This document shows, piece after piece, positions 60,054-64,000 of a DNA stretch of 64,000 nt. The stretch is from assembly GCA_029261055.1 (NCBI GenBank), contig JAJDCA010000014.1, forward strand, positions 207,984 through 271,983. Direction: 5' to 3'. The notes under the pieces were generated by a model, which was not told the DNA's origin, did not search any database, and saw only the letters and a program-made list of their open reading frames with translations. Positions within the stretch are counted from its first letter, which is position 1. Each line of letters starts with the position of its first letter. Position numbers and translations under genes: made by a program. The DNA comes from Candidatus Omnitrophota bacterium. Lineage in GTDB: Bacteria; Omnitrophota; Gorgyraeia; Zapsychrales; Zapsychraceae.

Positions 60054-60886
60054 TATGCAACGACCTCCTCAGCACATTTATGAATAATGTGTTCATCAAT
60101 ACGACCGGTTTCTTCTATAAACCCGGCTAGCAGAGCTCTGTCACATAAAATATTTATCATTCGAGGTGTTCCTAATGAGTAGTTATAAATGGCATCAACG
60201 GCTTCGGAAGTGAAGCGTAGGCCGCATAAGAAATTTTGTGGAGAATTTGCGACTTTTAATCTGTGTTGGATGTATTCTTGGAGTTCAGTGCGGTCCAATG
60301 GTTTGATGTTGAAGCATACGGTAATTCTTTGTTTGAGTTGGCGTAATTCTGGCAGCAGAAGTTTATCGGTTAGTTCCGGCTGGCCAACTAAAATAATTTG
60401 AAGAAGTTTTTCTTTTGTTGTTTCAAGGTTAGAGAGGAGGCGGATTTGCTCTAGCTGCTTGACTTTTAAATTCTGAGATTCATCAATAATGAGGACCACA
60501 TTGTTCCCCTGGTTTGATTCTTCAAGGAGGTATGTGTTTAAGGCATCTATGAGAGCAAATTTATTTCTTGCTTTGGATGTTATCCCAAGGTCCTTGAGAA
60601 TAAATTGAAGTAATTGTATATCGGAAAAACTTGGGTTTAATATAAATGCAGACTTTGTTTTTTTGTCTAATCGGTTTAGAAGCGCTCGGCAGAGGGTTGT
60701 CTTACCTGTGCCGACTTCTCCGGTGATAAGCATAATGCCTTTACGGTGGCTGATCCCGTATAAAAGATTAGAAAATGCTTCGGCATGATTTACGCTGGGG
60801 TAAAAAAAATCGGGATCGGCCGTAATATTAAAAGGGCTTTCGGTAAGTTTATAAAAGTCATTGTACATATGTAAAGAGTATATCAT
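60053..60886 (-). CDS. GspA/ExeA/MshM-like AAA ATPase
   Basis: …FYKLTESPF…MLITGEVGTGKTTLCRALL…; 277 aa. Confidence 0.75.
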   Translation of the reverse strand: MIYSLHMYNDFYKLTESPFNITADPDFFYPSVNHAEAFSNLLYGISHRKGIMLITGEVGTGKTTLCRALLNRLDKKTKSAFILNPSFSDIQLLQFILKDLGITSKARNKFALIDALNTYLLEESNQGNNVVLIIDESQNLKVKQLEQIRLLSNLETTKEKLLQIILVGQPELTDKLLLPELRQLKQRITVCFNIKPLDRTELQEYIQHRLKVANSPQNFLCGLRFTSEAVDAIYNYSLGTPRMINILCDRALLAGFIEETGRIDEHIIHKCAEEVVA

Positions 60887-61013
60887 TTTGTGTTTGTTTG
60901 TAAATGATGGAAACGATTCTTAAAATTTTTTAATTATTTGTAAGCATATAGTTTTTTTATGATAAGCTACTTTTATTGATGAAGTTAGACCATTTTTAGA
61001 ATTTGCTTACGTT

Positions 61014-63344
61014 ATGATTAAATATTATTTACATAAGAAAATTCCTTTTTTTGCTGTTGTCATAATCCTTATGTGTTTTGGGCTTATCGGTTGCGAAAAA
61101 AGATCAAAAGAATCTATCCCCTCTGCGCAACAATCTCAATCCAAACCTATCCAAATAGCGACGCCGGCTGTTGAAATTCCTGTGGTGAAAAATCTGAATG
61201 TTATGGTACAGACGTATATAGAAGAAAGTCCTCTGTGTAGTGATCATGATTTATTGGATCTTGATCAGTGTTCATCTTGTGGGCAATCGTCTGGTACAGA
61301 ATGTGTTTTATCTAAGCAGTTGGCTGGAGGAGTACCGTGTTATAGCTGTGTTGAAAAAGACGAGGAATGTGCTGATAGCGGAAAAATGGATTGGCGGGAT
61401 TGCTCTTTGTGTACAGAAATTCCAGGGGCTCGATGTGTTCCCACACAAAAAGTTATGCGAGGACGGACTTGTTATAAATGTGTTCAAAGAAAACAAGAAT
61501 GTTTTCGGCTTAAATTATTAACTGAATCGGAATGTGATCCGTGTAGTAATCACCAGGCTTTGGAATGTATTCCAGCCCAGAAGACGATAGATGGCGAACA
61601 ATGTTATCAATGTATTGATAAACCTGGCAGTTGTGAAGACGTTGGGTATCTAACGAGGCAAGATTGTCGGTTATGCGAAAAAGATGAATCTAAAGAATGT
61701 GAGAAAGCCTTTAAAACTAAAAAAGGTAAGAGGTGTTATCAGTGCGTCGATAAGCCACAAAAGTGCAAGGATTTGGGGCAGATGAATTTAAGGCCATGTA
61801 ATCGCTGCGCGCAAAATCCTGATAAAGAATGTTTGCCCGGTCAGAAAACTAAAACAGGGCTGCAATGTTATCAATGCTTAGATTTTCCTCAAACATGTGA
61901 AGCGCTTGGGCTGTTGGGTTTTGAAGGTTGCAGCAATTGTTCCAAAACGCCGGATAAACAGTGTCAAAAAGCCGCACAAACCAAAGAAGGTTTGCAATGC
62001 TTTACTTGTGTCGACGCACCTCAAACATGTGCACAGTTGGATCTTTTAGATGCAAAGAGTTGTGTAAATTGTGATAAGGATCCAAAGAAAGAATGTATAA
62101 AGGATCAAAAGACAAAAGAAGGAAAGCAGTGCTTTAGATGCCAAGACAAGCCACAGGAATGTGGTGATTTGGGATTAATCGATGAAGCAGCTTGCGGTGA
62201 TTGCACGTCGGATCCGAAGAAAGAATGTATGGCGGGTGAAATAACGAAAGAAGGTAAACAGTGTTATGCGTGTCAGGATAAACCACAGGAATGTGGTGAG
62301 TTGGGATTAATCAATGAAGCAGCTTGCGGTGATTGCACGTCGGATCCTAAAAAAGAATGTGTAGCTGGTGAAACAACAAAAGAAAGTAAGCAGTGTTATG
62401 TTTGCCAGGACAAACCTCAGGAATGTGGTGAGTTGGGATTAATCGATGAAGCAGCTTGCGATGATTGCACGTCGGATCCGAAGAAAGAATGTGTGGCTGG
62501 GGAAAAGACAAGAGAAGGAAAGCTGTGTTATGCATGTCAGGACAAACCTCAGGAATGTGGTGAGTTGGGATTAATAGATGAGGCAGCTTGTGGAGAATGC
62601 ACGTCGGATCCTAAAAAAGAATGTGTAGCTGGTGAAACAACAAAAGAAAGTAAGCAGTGTTATGTTTGCCAGGACAAACCTCAGGAATGTGGTGATTTGG
62701 GATTAATCGATGAAGCAGCTTGCGGTGATTGCAGGGCGGATCCGAAGAAGGAATGTGTGGCGGGTGAAAAAACAAAAGAAGGTAAACAATGTTATGTCTG
62801 TGCTGCGCGAAAACAAAAATGTGTTGATTTAAATTTAATCAACGAAGGGACGTGTTCATCTTGCGAAGCTGATGGTAAGCGGGAATGCATTGCGGATAGA
62901 GAAACAGAAGAAGGCGATCAGTGTTACCAATGTGTTGATAAACCGGAAGAATGTCAAGATTTAGATCTTATCAATAAAAGTGATTGTTCGTCATGTGAAC
63001 AAGATGCACAAGCTTATTGCAAACAAGCTTCCAAAACCAAAGAAGGTAAACAGTGTTATTTCTGTCAACCCAAAACACAGGCATGCACGTCGTTGGGATT
63101 GTTAAATTCTCTCGACTGTGAATCAAAATGTACAAATTGTGTGGAAGCTCAAAAAGCTGACAATGGCGAACAATGTTTTCGATGCGACATGCCGCAAGGG
63201 CATGCCAAATGTTTAGAAGAAGATTATTACCGTGATTGTTCCGCGTGCCAAGAAAATGAAATCTGCGAAGCCATGACACTTATTCAATTTTATGCTGCCC
63301 AGCGTAAAGAAATGCTGACCTGCTACACCTGCTCACCGAGATGA
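61014..63344 (+). CDS. cysteine-rich tandem-repeat lipoprotein (about 17 x 44-aa six-Cys repeats)
   Basis: Lipobox MCFGLIGC. Repeat consensus ECGELGLIDEAACGDCTSDPKKECVAGEKTKEGKQCYVCQDKPQ, about 100 Cys in total. Confidence 0.8.
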   Translation: MIKYYLHKKIPFFAVVIILMCFGLIGCEKRSKESIPSAQQSQSKPIQIATPAVEIPVVKNLNVMVQTYIEESPLCSDHDLLDLDQCSSCGQSSGTECVLSKQLAGGVPCYSCVEKDEECADSGKMDWRDCSLCTEIPGARCVPTQKVMRGRTCYKCVQRKQECFRLKLLTESECDPCSNHQALECIPAQKTIDGEQCYQCIDKPGSCEDVGYLTRQDCRLCEKDESKECEKAFKTKKGKRCYQCVDKPQKCKDLGQMNLRPCNRCAQNPDKECLPGQKTKTGLQCYQCLDFPQTCEALGLLGFEGCSNCSKTPDKQCQKAAQTKEGLQCFTCVDAPQTCAQLDLLDAKSCVNCDKDPKKECIKDQKTKEGKQCFRCQDKPQECGDLGLIDEAACGDCTSDPKKECMAGEITKEGKQCYACQDKPQECGELGLINEAACGDCTSDPKKECVAGETTKESKQCYVCQDKPQECGELGLIDEAACDDCTSDPKKECVAGEKTREGKLCYACQDKPQECGELGLIDEAACGECTSDPKKECVAGETTKESKQCYVCQDKPQECGDLGLIDEAACGDCRADPKKECVAGEKTKEGKQCYVCAARKQKCVDLNLINEGTCSSCEADGKRECIADRETEEGDQCYQCVDKPEECQDLDLINKSDCSSCEQDAQAYCKQASKTKEGKQCYFCQPKTQACTSLGLLNSLDCESKCTNCVEAQKADNGEQCFRCDMPQGHAKCLEEDYYRDCSACQENEICEAMTLIQFYAAQRKEMLTCYTCSPR
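62157..62816 (+). repeat. five near-identical 132-bp tandem DNA repeats inside the Cys-rich lipoprotein gene
   Basis: Units begin at 62157, 62289, 62421, 62553 and 62685. Units 2 and 4 share an exactly identical stretch of about 95 nt. Confidence 0.85.
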
Positions 63345-63518
63345 AAACAACCATTCTGATGAAATGTATATGACAGAGAAAGACGGGGTAGAATTCTTGG
63401 CCATGCAAATATATTATACGCGTACTTGAAAATTACTGGATTGGAATAATTTTTACGGCATCAGCAAGAAAACTTTTTTACCACGATGGACTGTAGGCTG
63501 GAATTTGACAAAATAAAA

Positions 63519-63550
63519 AAAGCATGTTATTTTAACGAATGCTTTTTTTC
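63519..63550 (+). terminator. Rho-independent (bidirectional-looking) terminator
   Basis: AAAGCAT-gttattttaacga-ATGCTTT followed by TTTTTC, with an A-run upstream. Confidence 0.5.
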
Positions 63551-63680
63551 TTTTCTTTTCATTATCCTAAGCATTCATTCCCACATTTTTTCTCTAACTC
63601 TCATTGCTCCAACAACATTCATTTCTTTTTAAAAATCAACGGAATAATAAATTTTTTCTAGCAAAAAAGGAACCCGCTCT

Positions 63681-64000
63681 ATGCAAATAACAAAAAATTC
63701 ACTCTGGCGAAATTTATGTATTAAACCATTGTTAGGCATTTTTATTTTTATGCTGACGTTAGGTAACCCGCAAATGGTACCGGAACTCTGGGCCCAAAGT
63801 GCATCGACAGTCATTGATGTGCGTATTTCTGAATCTCTCGGAGATGCCGAAGAGAAATCGACAGATGGCCGAATGTATTTAACCAGCTCTGTCCTTGAAC
63901 TAACAAAATATTATTCCTATGGTGATCTAACCGTTGGGTTGCGTTATCCAGGATTAAACATTCCGCAAGGGGCGCAAATCACCGATGCGTATGTTCAGTT
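63681..64000 (+). CDS. secreted hypothetical protein, 3' truncated by the window edge
   Basis: ATG at 63681; MQITKNSLWRNLCIKPLLGIFIFMLTLGNPQMVPELWAQS signal peptide; open to the end of the window. Confidence 0.5.
   Translation, partial: MQITKNSLWRNLCIKPLLGIFIFMLTLGNPQMVPELWAQSASTVIDVRISESLGDAEEKSTDGRMYLTSSVLELTKYYSYGDLTVGLRYPGLNIPQGAQITDAYVQ

Noticed and set aside
61240-61521. Internal alternative-frame ORFs in the Cys-repeat gene (61240-61521 +, 61308-61496 -, 62347-62535 -, 62971-63279 -)
   Set aside because: Products of the repetitive GC-balanced coding sequence; the main frame is continuous with consistent Cys periodicity.
62157-62816. Possibility that the 132-bp repeats are a CRISPR array
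   Set aside because: The units are contiguous (no spacers), in-frame, and encode the 44-aa protein repeat. No cas genes are present.

Overview
This window is almost entirely conserved core genome from an AT-rich bacterium with a Gram-negative-type envelope (lipoboxes, TonB-like, heptose/LpxL-like genes, GspA/B-like, PilT). It carries one long contiguous translation/transcription super-cluster, all on the + strand, largely tightly packed or overlapping: rpsA-tyrS | tRNA-Thr-rpmG-tRNA-Trp-secE-nusG-rplKAJL-rpoBC-rpsLG-fusA-tuf-S10 operon-spc operon-secY-adk-map-rpmJ-rpsMKD-rpoA-rplQ. Housekeeping genes follow: aminotransferase, pilT, lipB, a glycolipid/acyltransferase cluster, aroQ, pepP, efp, accBC, asp23, pfk-gmhA-hldE(C-domain), thiE, a tRNA-Gly and a LysM/M23 peptidase. 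A nucleotide-hydrolase cluster comes next (P-loop ATPase, YfcE, HIT, dGTPase, GAF/HD-GYP), then envelope proteins (SPOR, SH3b, M50 protease) and aroB. At the 3' end a gspB/gspA-like pair on the minus strand sits divergent from a 776-aa lipoprotein made of about 17 tandem six-cysteine repeats. The first ~2 kb encode a secreted tail-fibre-like repeat protein and a transporter fragment. No CRISPR array, integrase, transposase or obvious prophage was seen, and the standard genetic code is used. The most unusual items are the cysteine-repeat lipoprotein with near-identical 132-bp DNA repeats, an M50 protease ORF that lacks an in-frame start next to a T5 homopolymer, a stand-alone lipoyl-domain gene fused onto the end of lipB, a PfkA-family kinase translationally coupled to gmhA/hldE-C, a 59-nt rpoC/rpsL overlap, missing rpmD/infA in the r-protein cluster, lysine-rich extensions on several r-proteins, and a large Arch-ATPase-like protein embedded among nucleotide hydrolases.
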